A stretch of 39,186 nucleotides of DNA from Candidatus Micrarchaeota archaeon (GCA_027024255.1 JALVSQ010000034.1:34194-73379); one strand, 5' to 3'. Shown: positions 16,188 to 25,162, counted from the first letter of the stretch. Numbers and translations are program-made. Notes: generated by a model not told the origin, from the letters alone.

Positions 16188-17498
16188 CTAAATAAGGGCT
16201 GGCAATAACAATATTATAAATGAGAGGGTTGTTGAATAGACCAGAAGCTTTGTTATTATTGAGTCTCCAAACACTGCCTTCACAATCATTGAGCCATCAA
16301 ACAGGGCAATGGGCAACAGGTTTATTAAGCCCACAACAGCATTTAAAGCAAAGCAGAGGCCAATGAAAGAGTACATAAAATTCAGGAAGTTGTTTTCGTA
16401 GTATCTGGCTAAATATTCCTTTCCCACATTCATGCATAAGATCCCTATTTTTCCGTTTTCATCTGTTTTTACTGTTATGTCCCCTTTGTTTGTTTTTAAG
16501 TGAAGTGTCTCATTTGGCTTAAATGTGAGATTGCAACATGCCTCTTCATTTATGGAATAAATAACTGTTCCTTTTTGAAGAACTCCTGAAAGAACCATGC
16601 ATCCATCAACGCTGTAATCAGATGTCAGGTTTAAGAAAAGCATGAATACAAGCCCAAACAGAATTCCCAGCACTATATTGGCAAATGGACCTCCTGATGC
16701 AATCCTTACTTTGTTTTTAGGAGATGAGGCTGAGAGCCTTTTTTCATCAGGTTCAACAAAGGCACCAACAGGCAATATTCCAAAAAGAACGAGGCCTGAG
16801 CTCTTTAAAGGAATCTTTGCTAATGCCATTTGAACTGCATGGCTTCCTTCATGCACAATCAGCACAACAGCTAATGCAAGTATTCCTTCAACCAAGGGTA
16901 TATTTATGCCAGGTAGAATAAGGGTTGCTCCTTGATTTACTTTCTCTCCTCCATTTACAAAGTAATCAATTAATTTAATTGTTGTGTGAAGAGCTGATGA
17001 AATTATTGAGATGTAAGCAGTTCCCATCAGGCCTGTTGCATATGGAATAATGAGGAGGTGAGCAGGAGGTGCCTTTACCTCTTTGCTCATTGCACCCATA
17101 CTTTCTGTTAAAAAAGATATGGAAAAGGGGTAAAGGAATAAAATCATGGATATTAAAATTGCTGAAATTATGAAAATTACTATTCTGTATTTTAGCGGTT
17201 TCCATTTGAGAAACTTTATAACAAGGAGCCCCATCACAACACCAAAGCCTAAGTCTCCTATAAACTCCCAGCCCTTCCATCTACTTATCCTGCTAAAAAA
17301 GCTTCTTCCCTTTCTGCTTTTTAACAGTATAAACCCCATCTCTGTTTCAAGGTTGTACTTCTCTTTGAAATAGTGGCCCGATATAATTAAAATGACAGCT
17401 GTAAGCACAAACTTTATCAATCCAGTATAGGAGCTGTTTATTATGCTTACGAAAAGTATTAATGTGCCTATAATAACCGCATAGTCCTTTAAATCCAT
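16188..17498 (-). CDS. site-2 protease family (M50) intramembrane zinc metalloprotease with a PDZ-like insert
   Basis: HExxH motif (VHEGSHAV) in a TM helix, the second signature NLLPIALFDGS, and multiple TM segments. The ATG at 17498 (MDLKDY) is preferred over the track start at 17555, which overlaps the upstream gene. Confidence 0.85.
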   Translation of the reverse strand: MDLKDYAVIIGTLILFVSIINSSYTGLIKFVLTAVILIISGHYFKEKYNLETEMGFILLKSRKGRSFFSRISRWKGWEFIGDLGFGVVMGLLVIKFLKWKPLKYRIVIFIISAILISMILFLYPFSISFLTESMGAMSKEVKAPPAHLLIIPYATGLMGTAYISIISSALHTTIKLIDYFVNGGEKVNQGATLILPGINIPLVEGILALAVVLIVHEGSHAVQMALAKIPLKSSGLVLFGILPVGAFVEPDEKRLSASSPKNKVRIASGGPFANIVLGILFGLVFMLFLNLTSDYSVDGCMVLSGVLQKGTVIYSINEEACCNLTFKPNETLHLKTNKGDITVKTDENGKIGILCMNVGKEYLARYYENNFLNFMYSFIGLCFALNAVVGLINLLPIALFDGSMIVKAVFGDSIITKLLVYSTTLSFIILLLPALI

Positions 17499-17523
17499 AA
17501 TTCGAGTTTTGTGCTGAATATTT

Positions 17524-18348
17524 TTAATGGTTGCTATACAAAAGCAAAAATACAATTATGGTTGCCAGGAATACAAGGGATAGGGTTAAATAAAGTAGAA
17601 TAATATTTGTTTTTCTTATTCTTTTATCAAGGCCGTAGATATAGTTAAACTCTATTTTACCTCCATATGAGACCTCTCTCTTATTCCTCAATGCATCTTC
17701 GAAAGAAATTGTGATTAGTATGTCTTCATAATGCTTCAAGTCAGGCAGCTTAAATGTTTTCTCCATTCCTTTGTACAATTCTCCAATTTCAAACATAAGC
17801 TCCTTTGTTTCCTGTCTGCCTATTAAGGCAACCTTTATTTTTCCATTCCTTATTTCATCACCTTTATTTAAAACAGTCATGAAATACTCTCTGGATAGCA
17901 GACCCTTCTTTGATAAAATAATGCCTATTTTTGGCCTTGTGAATATATGCCTCAGCATCTCTTCTTCCTTTTCAATCTTTGCCTGCACATCTTCAAGTTC
18001 CTTTTTCTTTTTTTCATACTCTTTTTTTGTTTTTGAAAATGATTTCTCAAGGGACATCATGCTGTCTCCTATGGCTTTTAGCCTGTCCGAAACAATTTTG
18101 AGTTCTCCAACCATTCTTTCCAGTCCTGTTTCTATCTTTTCATTCATTTCTTTTAATGCGTCTATCTGTCTTTGAGTGCTTGACCTCATCTCTTCAATCT
18201 CAACTCTGGATGCAGCATAAACCAAAATTACACCCAAAAGCAGATTTATCAATGAGTCAACAACATCAAAATAAGATGGAAGGAACACCTTTACAATCAC
18301 AAGTAAGAGCAGTAGAGGGATTGAGAACTTTATTACATCCTTTATCAT
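17524..18348 (-). CDS. membrane protein with two N-terminal TM helices, a long coiled coil, a beta-rich domain and a C-terminal TM helix; unknown family
   Basis: Hydrophobic N-terminus (FSIPLLLLLVIVKVFL, LLLGVILVYAA), a K/E-rich heptad-like region of about 90 aa, and a C-terminal LYLTLSLVFLATIIVFLLL. It starts 4 nt after the preceding pilin-like gene. Confidence 0.6.
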   Translation of the reverse strand: MIKDVIKFSIPLLLLLVIVKVFLPSYFDVVDSLINLLLGVILVYAASRVEIEEMRSSTQRQIDALKEMNEKIETGLERMVGELKIVSDRLKAIGDSMMSLEKSFSKTKKEYEKKKKELEDVQAKIEKEEEMLRHIFTRPKIGIILSKKGLLSREYFMTVLNKGDEIRNGKIKVALIGRQETKELMFEIGELYKGMEKTFKLPDLKHYEDILITISFEDALRNKREVSYGGKIEFNYIYGLDKRIRKTNIILLYLTLSLVFLATIIVFLLLYSNH

Positions 18349-18352
18349 TAAC

Positions 18353-18721
18353 TCACCCTATTTTTACGCTTCCGTTTGGCAGAGAGCTTATTATCACATT
18401 TTTATTTATACTCTCTACATATGTGAAGTTCAGGGAGTTTGCAGCTGCCTTTAGCTTTGATGTGTTGACATCTCTTACTATTGCACACACAACCTCTCCA
18501 TCCACATTCCTTTTATTTTGCTCGTAACAGGCTGTTATAAGAGCCTTCAATCCTTTAACTGAAATATCAGAACCGTCTATTATCAACTCAGATTGTTTGA
18601 ATTCCTTTGATATGGACTGCTCTGCTTTTTCCTGAAGTATGCTGAGCAGTGATAACAGAAGGGAAAGAACTGCAATGGCAATAACAACCCTTACGATTGT
18701 TTCAAATGCAATTTCAGCCAT
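18353..18721 (-). CDS. pilin-like protein (122 aa): N-terminal hydrophobic helix and a small Cys-containing globular domain
   Basis: MAEIAFETIVRVVIAIAVLSLLLSLLSIL at the extreme N-terminus. It overlaps the upstream pilin-like gene by 8 nt and lies in the pilus operon. Confidence 0.6.
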   Translation of the reverse strand: MAEIAFETIVRVVIAIAVLSLLLSLLSILQEKAEQSISKEFKQSELIIDGSDISVKGLKALITACYEQNKRNVDGEVVCAIVRDVNTSKLKAAANSLNFTYVESINKNVIISSLPNGSVKIG

Positions 18722-19055
18722 GAATGACCACCTTACCTTTGTTCAGCTCAACAACTGCAATGGAGGAGATGTTACTTACATTAACAAAAGGGTATAAATA
18801 GCTTTCATTTAAGGTTTGATTTATTATGCTTTCACTAACATTTGAAAACACAGCACATACCCCTTCTTCACCTTTTTCAATGCATGAAAATATTGCCTGT
18901 TTGAACTTTTCCTCAGTAAAAGGTTGAATTCTACATTCTTTTAGCAAACAGCTGTTCCTTGCCTTCTCATCTACATTTGAGATAAGCGTTAGAACTAAAG
19001 ATAGCGCAACAATTGCGGCAATCAGATAGATTAAACTATCCAGTGCAATTTCCAT
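18714..19055 (-). CDS. pilin-like protein (113 aa): N-terminal hydrophobic helix and a 4-Cys globular domain
   Basis: MEIALDSLIYLIAAIVALSLVLTLISNV at the extreme N-terminus, with four Cys downstream. It lies in the pilus operon. Confidence 0.6.
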   Translation of the reverse strand: MEIALDSLIYLIAAIVALSLVLTLISNVDEKARNSCLLKECRIQPFTEEKFKQAIFSCIEKGEEGVCAVFSNVSESIINQTLNESYLYPFVNVSNISSIAVVELNKGKVVIHG

Positions 19056-19179
19056 TTATACACCCTGCTTTGTACTCTTTAACCGCTTCCTCATCTATGT
19101 AGGTGGTAGTTATCATTGCAATAACCACTAAAAGCAGAATAAGGGCAATGATTTCAATTATTAATGCAATTCCTTTCAT
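19036..19179 (-). CDS. 47-aa mini-pilin-like ORF (not in the supplied ORF track)
   Basis: Manual translation gives MKGIALIIEIIALILLLVVIAMITTTYIDEEAVKEYKAGCINGNCTG-stop. Its ATG overlaps the stop of the platform gene (ATGA at 19176-19179) and its 3' end overlaps the next pilin-like start. The K-G followed by a hydrophobic stretch resembles a class III (prepilin) signal. Confidence 0.5.
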   Translation of the reverse strand: MKGIALIIEIIALILLLVVIAMITTTYIDEEAVKEYKAGCINGNCTG

Positions 19180-20666
19180 AATACACCCCCGATTACTGAT
19201 TTTAAGAGCATGTAAGTTAAAATAAAGGAAACAATATAAATTATAATGCCCTGAATAGACTTATTACTTATCTCTTCAATTATCTTTATTTTGTTTCTAC
19301 CGTGCTTTAATATGGCATTGAAGGCAGAGCTTAGCATTATCATTTCTACAGCATAAAGTGAGATTATCAGACTCACTTCGTTTGGAGTAATTGAAACTTT
19401 CTTTAAATCTATGATGATGTTATTTGAGATATTGATTGAGGTTATGTATTCTAAAACAACCAGGGCAAATGATAATGAAATGGCAGCTATAAGAGGTATT
19501 GTTATTGAAGCCATCAGGCTTAAGCTGGATGTAACTTCCTCCAGCAACTCGCTCATTCTCCTTTCCAGCCTTTCCATTCTTTCAATGTATTCAGATAATC
19601 TTTCTATGACTTCTCCTGCTTCTTCTGTTCCTCTTTCAACAGCTATGCTCAGTACAGCGAATATATCTCTTAAAATATTTGAAGGGAACTCTTTGTCAAT
19701 TATGTTTGTGAATGATTTGAGCGATTTTCCCTTTATGCTTATCCAGTTGTAAATTAATCCTATAAACCTTGATGTTGATTTATTGAGGTTTTCTGTTTTA
19801 AGGAGATACTTTAAACTGGATTCAAGGGGCTCACCTCTTCTCAGGCTAACGCCAATCTCTTTCAAAAGAATAGGCATTTCATTGAGAACTTCCTCTACTG
19901 ATTTAGTTTTCTCTTTATGCTCCTTTATGCTTGAGTTCAGAAAGAGGATAAGGCTCATAGAAGACATGCTTATAGAGACTGGAAGCGAAAAGGGATATGG
20001 TAAAAGGAGGGAAGCCAGGGCTATTATGAACCCGATTATAAGGATATAAGCATTCTCTTTTTTTAGCTCCATTCTCTTGCTGTATGTTTCAAGTAAAGCC
20101 ATGGGCCTTTTACTTATCACATCAGTTAATGCTATGAATACAATTAATGGAATTATTATATCTACAATGAAAAGAAGGTCTATTCCAGCATGCGGACTCT
20201 CTACAATCAATGTTGCTATGGGCATAAGGGCAATTAATATAACAGGTAGCAGGACTAAAAATGAGAAGATTATTTTAATGGGATTTATAGCAGTTTCCAC
20301 AAACTTTATCATCATCTTTTCAACAGCGTTCATATGAAAATCAACTGCTTTGTCTATTGACCTGCTGAACTTCTCCTTTACTTCATTCAATGATGAGCTG
20401 AGCAATTCAAGAACATACGAAAAGTATGGGTCAATCCTGTTAATTATCTCCTTTCTTTTTTCAATAGCCTTTCTTATATCAAATTCTCTTTTTGTTTCTA
20501 TTTCCCATATTACCTTTGATAGTTCTTGTGTCAGCACGTTGTTCATAAGTCCTGCACCTATTTTTATAGCTCCTTCTAAGTTTCTTGTCAGTTTTATGTA
20601 TGTGGATGTCAGGAGGGTTATGTAAAGAGATGAGCTCCTTGCCCTATCTATCTTCTCCTTCCACAT
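19176..20666 (-). CDS. type IV pilus/archaellum platform membrane protein (TadC/FlaJ/PilC family)
   Basis: Polytopic membrane protein with two cytoplasmic helical domains separated by TM bundles. The second domain (EMPILLKEIGVSLRRGEPLESSLKYL...) fits the GspF/TadC-type repeat. It lies directly downstream of the secretion ATPase. Confidence 0.75.
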   Translation of the reverse strand: MWKEKIDRARSSSLYITLLTSTYIKLTRNLEGAIKIGAGLMNNVLTQELSKVIWEIETKREFDIRKAIEKRKEIINRIDPYFSYVLELLSSSLNEVKEKFSRSIDKAVDFHMNAVEKMMIKFVETAINPIKIIFSFLVLLPVILIALMPIATLIVESPHAGIDLLFIVDIIIPLIVFIALTDVISKRPMALLETYSKRMELKKENAYILIIGFIIALASLLLPYPFSLPVSISMSSMSLILFLNSSIKEHKEKTKSVEEVLNEMPILLKEIGVSLRRGEPLESSLKYLLKTENLNKSTSRFIGLIYNWISIKGKSLKSFTNIIDKEFPSNILRDIFAVLSIAVERGTEEAGEVIERLSEYIERMERLERRMSELLEEVTSSLSLMASITIPLIAAISLSFALVVLEYITSINISNNIIIDLKKVSITPNEVSLIISLYAVEMIMLSSAFNAILKHGRNKIKIIEEISNKSIQGIIIYIVSFILTYMLLKSVIGGVL

Positions 20667-20782
20667 TCTTTCCTCAGATGTTGAGAGATAGTAAAAGATA
20701 AGAGCAGTTAATGTGAGAGCTATGAGGAAGCCTGAGATTTTGCTTACTATAAGCAGAGTGATTAAAGAAATGAGTATTGGTT

Positions 20783-22816
20783 TTATTTTATCTTTGAGAG
20801 AAATTCCTTTTTCCAGGATTCTACCACCCCATCAATATCTGTATCGCTTTCGATTATCCTGCTCAGCACCATGTTTGCCTTAACAACATTTTCAACTTCA
20901 AGCAATTCAGGCATCTTTCTTATTCTGGCAGTCTCAACAAGTGCTTCCTTTATCTGGCCTATGCTTTGAATGAGTTTAATTGCTTCCTCTTTTTTGAGGC
21001 CGCCTGCTTTGCATATCTTTTCAAGACTCTGACTTTTTTCAAACTCCTTTGTTGGGATTAGCTTATCTTCATCACTTTTGTATGTAAATAGCTCTTTAAA
21101 TCCACTTTCCTTCAATGGGTCATCTGCCCAGTTTTTTCCTACCTCTGTTATGCTCAGCACTCTTCTTTTCAGTTTATGTGTGTAAGGTGTTTTTATTAAA
21201 CCCATCATTACTATTAAATCAGTTGCCTTGAAGGATGTTTTTGGAACGCCCAGATCATTTACAACCCTATCAAACACTCCGTAGGGTGTCTCAGCGTGTA
21301 TCGTGCCTCCTACAAAGTTTGACAGGGCACCAACCCTCATGGCCTCATAAAGCATTCTTGCTTCTTTGCTCCTTACTTCCCCCACAAGCAACGCTGAGTC
21401 TCCAAACCTCAGAGCTGCTCTAAGTCCATCTTCAGCAGATATCTCTCCTTCTGCAAGAGATAATGAGCCTTTAACTTTTAAGGGAAGTATATTGTAGCCT
21501 AGTTTATCCGCAATCTCAACAGGCAATTCAGGTGTATCTTCAATAACTAAAACTCTGTTTGAAGGCAGCATTTCAAACATTGAGGCTGAGAGCATGGATG
21601 TTTTACCACTTCCCCTGCTACCTGCAAACAGGATTGACATACCTGTTTGGATGCTTAATGCTAAGAATCCACTGGCGAGGGGGCTTATGCTTTTCTTTTG
21701 TATAAACAAGGGGTACGTCCACGGCTTTTTTCTGTATTTCCTTATGGCTATGCTTATGCCTTTGTAGCTGAAAGGCTGAGTTGCGATGCTTATCCTTGCT
21801 TTCACTTCTTTTATTGGAAGAGATGCATCCAAAACAGGATTTGCTTTATCTAATGCTCTTCCACTTTCCATTCTTATTTTGGTTATATCTGCATTCAACT
21901 CTTCATTACTTAATACAATATTTGTTTTACACTCACCGTATTCAGCATGCCTTATGAATATCTTCTCTCCGGGATTTATGTATATATCCTCAATATTATC
22001 ATCTAAAAGCAGACTTTCCAGTACTCCATAACCAACAGTTGATTTAAGTATAATTTTTGAGAGCCTGTTCATCTCTCTTACATTAAGCTCCTCCTTCAAA
22101 AGCATATCCCTGATGAATTCGTTTGCTATCTCTCTAATATCCTCTGCCCTGGATAGCTCTTCGTTTTCCACAATTCTTTCAATTATTCTTTTAACCACCT
22201 CTGCCTCATGTTTGGAAAGCATCAACTCAGGGGGTATGAAGTGATAGAAGAACTCATTTGTTGAGAGTTTGAATATCCTCACAGCACTTTCGTCCTTTAA
22301 CCTGTACTCATCAACCAGCACTCCGTTTGAGGGGAAAGATGTTATGAACTTTGTTTGGGAGAAAGGGCTCCTTTCCATTGGATGAAATATGTCTTTGTAT
22401 ATGTCCCTTTTCCCTATTTCATGGCCCACAAGCTTTTTTTCTACGGACTTAATCAGGGTAGTTGAGCTAAGAATTTCTATGAATTCCTTTAACTTTTTCT
22501 CTAATTCCCTGCATTCACTCCCCTCAACTTTAACCCGTGTTAAAAGCCTTTTTAAACCTACATAAAAACCAACAGGGTCTGTTAATGCAAGCGGCATTAA
22601 CTTCACAAATTCAGGGCATGAGCATCTTAATGTCTTTACTTTCTTCACATAATCCTTTATCTTTTCAACATCTTCCTTTAAGTACTCTTTTATTGTTCTT
22701 CCTATTATCTCAATGCTTCCAACACCTACAATTCTATCGATTCTTTCACAAACCTCTTTCATCAGCTCAGGACTTTCCTCGATACTCTTCTCATCGCTGT
22801 AGATTGTTAACTTCAT
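20783..22816 (-). CDS. type IV pilus/archaellum-type secretion ATPase (FlaI/PilB/GspE/VirB11 superfamily) with a long N-terminal extension
   Basis: Walker A GSRGSGKTS, Asp-box/Walker B RVLVIEDTPEL, LLVGEVRSKEA, and His box GGTIHAETP. 677 aa. Confidence 0.88.
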   Translation of the reverse strand: MKLTIYSDEKSIEESPELMKEVCERIDRIVGVGSIEIIGRTIKEYLKEDVEKIKDYVKKVKTLRCSCPEFVKLMPLALTDPVGFYVGLKRLLTRVKVEGSECRELEKKLKEFIEILSSTTLIKSVEKKLVGHEIGKRDIYKDIFHPMERSPFSQTKFITSFPSNGVLVDEYRLKDESAVRIFKLSTNEFFYHFIPPELMLSKHEAEVVKRIIERIVENEELSRAEDIREIANEFIRDMLLKEELNVREMNRLSKIILKSTVGYGVLESLLLDDNIEDIYINPGEKIFIRHAEYGECKTNIVLSNEELNADITKIRMESGRALDKANPVLDASLPIKEVKARISIATQPFSYKGISIAIRKYRKKPWTYPLFIQKKSISPLASGFLALSIQTGMSILFAGSRGSGKTSMLSASMFEMLPSNRVLVIEDTPELPVEIADKLGYNILPLKVKGSLSLAEGEISAEDGLRAALRFGDSALLVGEVRSKEARMLYEAMRVGALSNFVGGTIHAETPYGVFDRVVNDLGVPKTSFKATDLIVMMGLIKTPYTHKLKRRVLSITEVGKNWADDPLKESGFKELFTYKSDEDKLIPTKEFEKSQSLEKICKAGGLKKEEAIKLIQSIGQIKEALVETARIRKMPELLEVENVVKANMVLSRIIESDTDIDGVVESWKKEFLSKIK

Positions 22817-22835
22817 CGCTGGTTTGTTAATCCAG

Positions 22836-22850
22836 AATATTTAAAAATAC
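22836..22850. promoter_or_regulatory. near-palindromic TATA-like element shared by the divergent pilus ATPase gene and the small membrane-protein gene
   Basis: aatatttaaaaatac is centred about 28 nt from the minus-strand ATG (22816) and about 32 nt from the plus-strand ATG (22876). The latter also has a GGTG Shine-Dalgarno. Confidence 0.4.
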
Positions 22851-22875
22851 CTACATTCTATGAAAGAGTGGTGAA

Positions 22876-23292
22876 ATGATGGAGTTGGGTAAAGCCTTTG
22901 GTCAGGTGAAGATTGAAGTGGCAGTAGTTCTTCTCTTAGCCATTCTTTCAGCAATAGTAACAGTTGGCAGCAGTTTTCTCAGCTTTTTGGGAACAATTCA
23001 GTGTGTGCTGGGACCTCTTCTTTTCATAATAAATCTGGCACTCTACCTCTACATGGGAGTTAAGCTTGTAAAGTTTGAGTTGTTGGATGCATTCTTAGTA
23101 GGAGGTATAACAGGCCTTGTGGCAGCTATTGTCTCGGCAGGAGCAAGCATAGTTGTAGCTATCCTAGGAGGAAGCGGTTCGGGCGCTTTGTTTGCAACAG
23201 CCATAGGCTTTGTATCCTTAGTTGTAGGCTTTGTGATGGGGGGTATTTTAGTCTTAATAGGCTATGCAATAAAGAAGTATGTGTTGAAGTGA
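22876..23292 (+). CDS. small Gly-rich 4-TM membrane protein, unknown function
   Basis: Four hydrophobic segments with GxxxG-like, Gly-zipper stretches (GGSGSGALFATAIGFVSLVVGFVMGGILVLIG). Confidence 0.55.
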   Translation: MMELGKAFGQVKIEVAVVLLLAILSAIVTVGSSFLSFLGTIQCVLGPLLFIINLALYLYMGVKLVKFELLDAFLVGGITGLVAAIVSAGASIVVAILGGSGSGALFATAIGFVSLVVGFVMGGILVLIGYAIKKYVLK

Positions 23293-23967
23293 TTAAATCC
23301 TTAACCTCTTTTTTATTTCATCTATATCCAGGTTCGTTGTTACAATTGGAATCTTTATTCTTTGAGATATCTTTATGGCAAGAGGGTCAACCTTGTTTAG
23401 GTTGTGCAAAACAACAATCTTTGGTTTTGTAGGAGCAACCCTTATTACAACAAGAGGGCTTCTTCCTGTGCTTACACCTAAGAATATGAATGCCCTTTCA
23501 GGAATCCCTCCGTAGAGCTTTGGAAACTCCTCGTAAGGCATATCTAAAATTATTTTTAAACTATCAAGGATTGTATAACCGTAAATATTGTCGTTTTCTA
23601 CTCCTTCAACCTTACTAACATATTTCCCATCAATCAGCTTTACAAACTCATCAACCTTAATTGGTTGCGTGAAGTCCCTTCTTTCAAAGAATTGCTCTTC
23701 CTTCTCCTCACTCAGGTTTCTTGCAATAGGAGAGCCTCTTTTAGCATCAATCTCAAACATGGCATCAACAAATCTCTTTATGACCTTCACTCCCGGGCTC
23801 TTCCTCCTGTTGCTTTCATAATCACTGATTGTTGAGGGAGATATGCCGAGGTGTTTTGCTAACTCTGACTGAGTAATCTGGAATATTTCCCTCCATTTTT
23901 TAAGCGTCTTTCCAGGCTCTGGACTTAATACAATTTCACCTGCAATGAGCATTCTTATCTTATCCAT
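23293..23967 (-). CDS. XRE-family helix-turn-helix protein with an uncharacterised C-terminal domain
   Basis: ITQSELAKHLGISPSTISDYESNRRKSP is a classic HTH_3/XRE motif. It is followed by an alpha/beta-looking domain of about 130 aa. Confidence 0.75.
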   Translation of the reverse strand: MDKIRMLIAGEIVLSPEPGKTLKKWREIFQITQSELAKHLGISPSTISDYESNRRKSPGVKVIKRFVDAMFEIDAKRGSPIARNLSEEKEEQFFERRDFTQPIKVDEFVKLIDGKYVSKVEGVENDNIYGYTILDSLKIILDMPYEEFPKLYGGIPERAFIFLGVSTGRSPLVVIRVAPTKPKIVVLHNLNKVDPLAIKISQRIKIPIVTTNLDIDEIKKRLRI

Positions 23968-23968
23968 T

Positions 23969-25162
23969 TTATCCCCTCATTATAAGCAACCTATCTTTTG
24001 CTCTCTCAATTTTATATACAAAGGAAGAGGTTAAAAAATAATCGTTCCATGCTGATGGAGACCTTGAGGCAATGACGTTGAGCCTTTGCTTTTTAGAGTT
24101 TAACCTGTACTTTATGATTACATCCCCTATCTCAAATTTGGTTGTAAATGAAAGGTTTAATACATCTTTTTTAATAGCCTTACTCAGTTTGAGAGACTCA
24201 GGTGTAATGGAGAGCTTCAATTTTCTTTCAATGCCTTTTTCAAGCAGCTGAGCAACAGCAACCCCACATTTCATCACTCTCTTTCCACTAATTACTTTAA
24301 AATCAATCCCTTCACTTAACCTGTCCCAGCTTATGTATTTTGAAACATCCTTGCTTATGAAAACTAACTTAGTCAAAGGTTCTTCTCTTTTCATTCTCTT
24401 TTCCACATCTGCTTTTACTTTCCCCCCATAGTTGGATGCATATTTGTAGAATCTTGATGCTTCCATAAGCGTTTTGTATCTTCTTATGTAATAAGCCTTT
24501 GCAACTCCTTCAAACTGGTTTATAAAGCCCTTCATACTCTCTTCATTAATCATTAGCTCAGGGTTAGGAAATAAGGTTTTGTCCAGCTTTAAGCCACCAC
24601 ACCTTTTGTTATTGATAATTCTTGACAGAGCCCATAGAGGATTTTCAGGTAAGCTTATTCTTTTCTTTACCCATTTTAGATGATAGCTTTCATTTCCTAT
24701 TGCTGATATACTTATCAATGGAAAGTTAAATATTGTTTTGTTTGATATTAAGTAAAGGAGGGGCTCAATTATGTCATAGTTGAACAGAACTGTGAAGTTG
24801 TTCTTTATTAAATCAGGAAATGGATTATGTTTGAGCTTTATCCCCTTTCCTTTGAATAATCCATCTTTAAACACTCCTTTGTTTTCAGGCCTTGTTATTC
24901 CTATGGGGGTTTCTGATGGTTCAAATTCGCTTATAGGCTCATTTACTTTCTCCAGCATAAAGCATTCATAAACCTTCATCCTGCCTTTGTATGGAAACTT
25001 TGATAACGCCTTTATCAGCATTTTAGAAAAAAGGATGTTTCTTATATCTCCGCCTTCGGCATTTGAGATTATCTTATTTGCCAGTGTCTCCTTTTCTTCA
25101 AAATCAATCTCAAGCATTGAAGGAGATACAAACCCCTCAAGCTGGTTTAAGCTTATTCCCAA
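23969..25162 (-). CDS. hypothetical protein (397 aa), unknown family
   Basis: A long ORF tightly packed between the 233-aa ORF (10-nt overlap) and the HTH gene (1-nt gap). No motif recognised. Confidence 0.6.
   Translation of the reverse strand: MGISLNQLEGFVSPSMLEIDFEEKETLANKIISNAEGGDIRNILFSKMLIKALSKFPYKGRMKVYECFMLEKVNEPISEFEPSETPIGITRPENKGVFKDGLFKGKGIKLKHNPFPDLIKNNFTVLFNYDIIEPLLYLISNKTIFNFPLISISAIGNESYHLKWVKKRISLPENPLWALSRIINNKRCGGLKLDKTLFPNPELMINEESMKGFINQFEGVAKAYYIRRYKTLMEASRFYKYASNYGGKVKADVEKRMKREEPLTKLVFISKDVSKYISWDRLSEGIDFKVISGKRVMKCGVAVAQLLEKGIERKLKLSITPESLKLSKAIKKDVLNLSFTTKFEIGDVIIKYRLNSKKQRLNVIASRSPSAWNDYFLTSSFVYKIERAKDRLLIMRG

Noticed and set aside
17771-20625. Multiple plus-strand ORFs (17771-18175, 18156-18527, 19411-19752, 19783-20049, 20077-20337, 20350-20625) opposite the pilus operon.
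   Set aside because: All are antisense to tightly coupled minus-strand genes with recognisable family features, and their products are low-complexity and Ser/Ile/Phe-rich.
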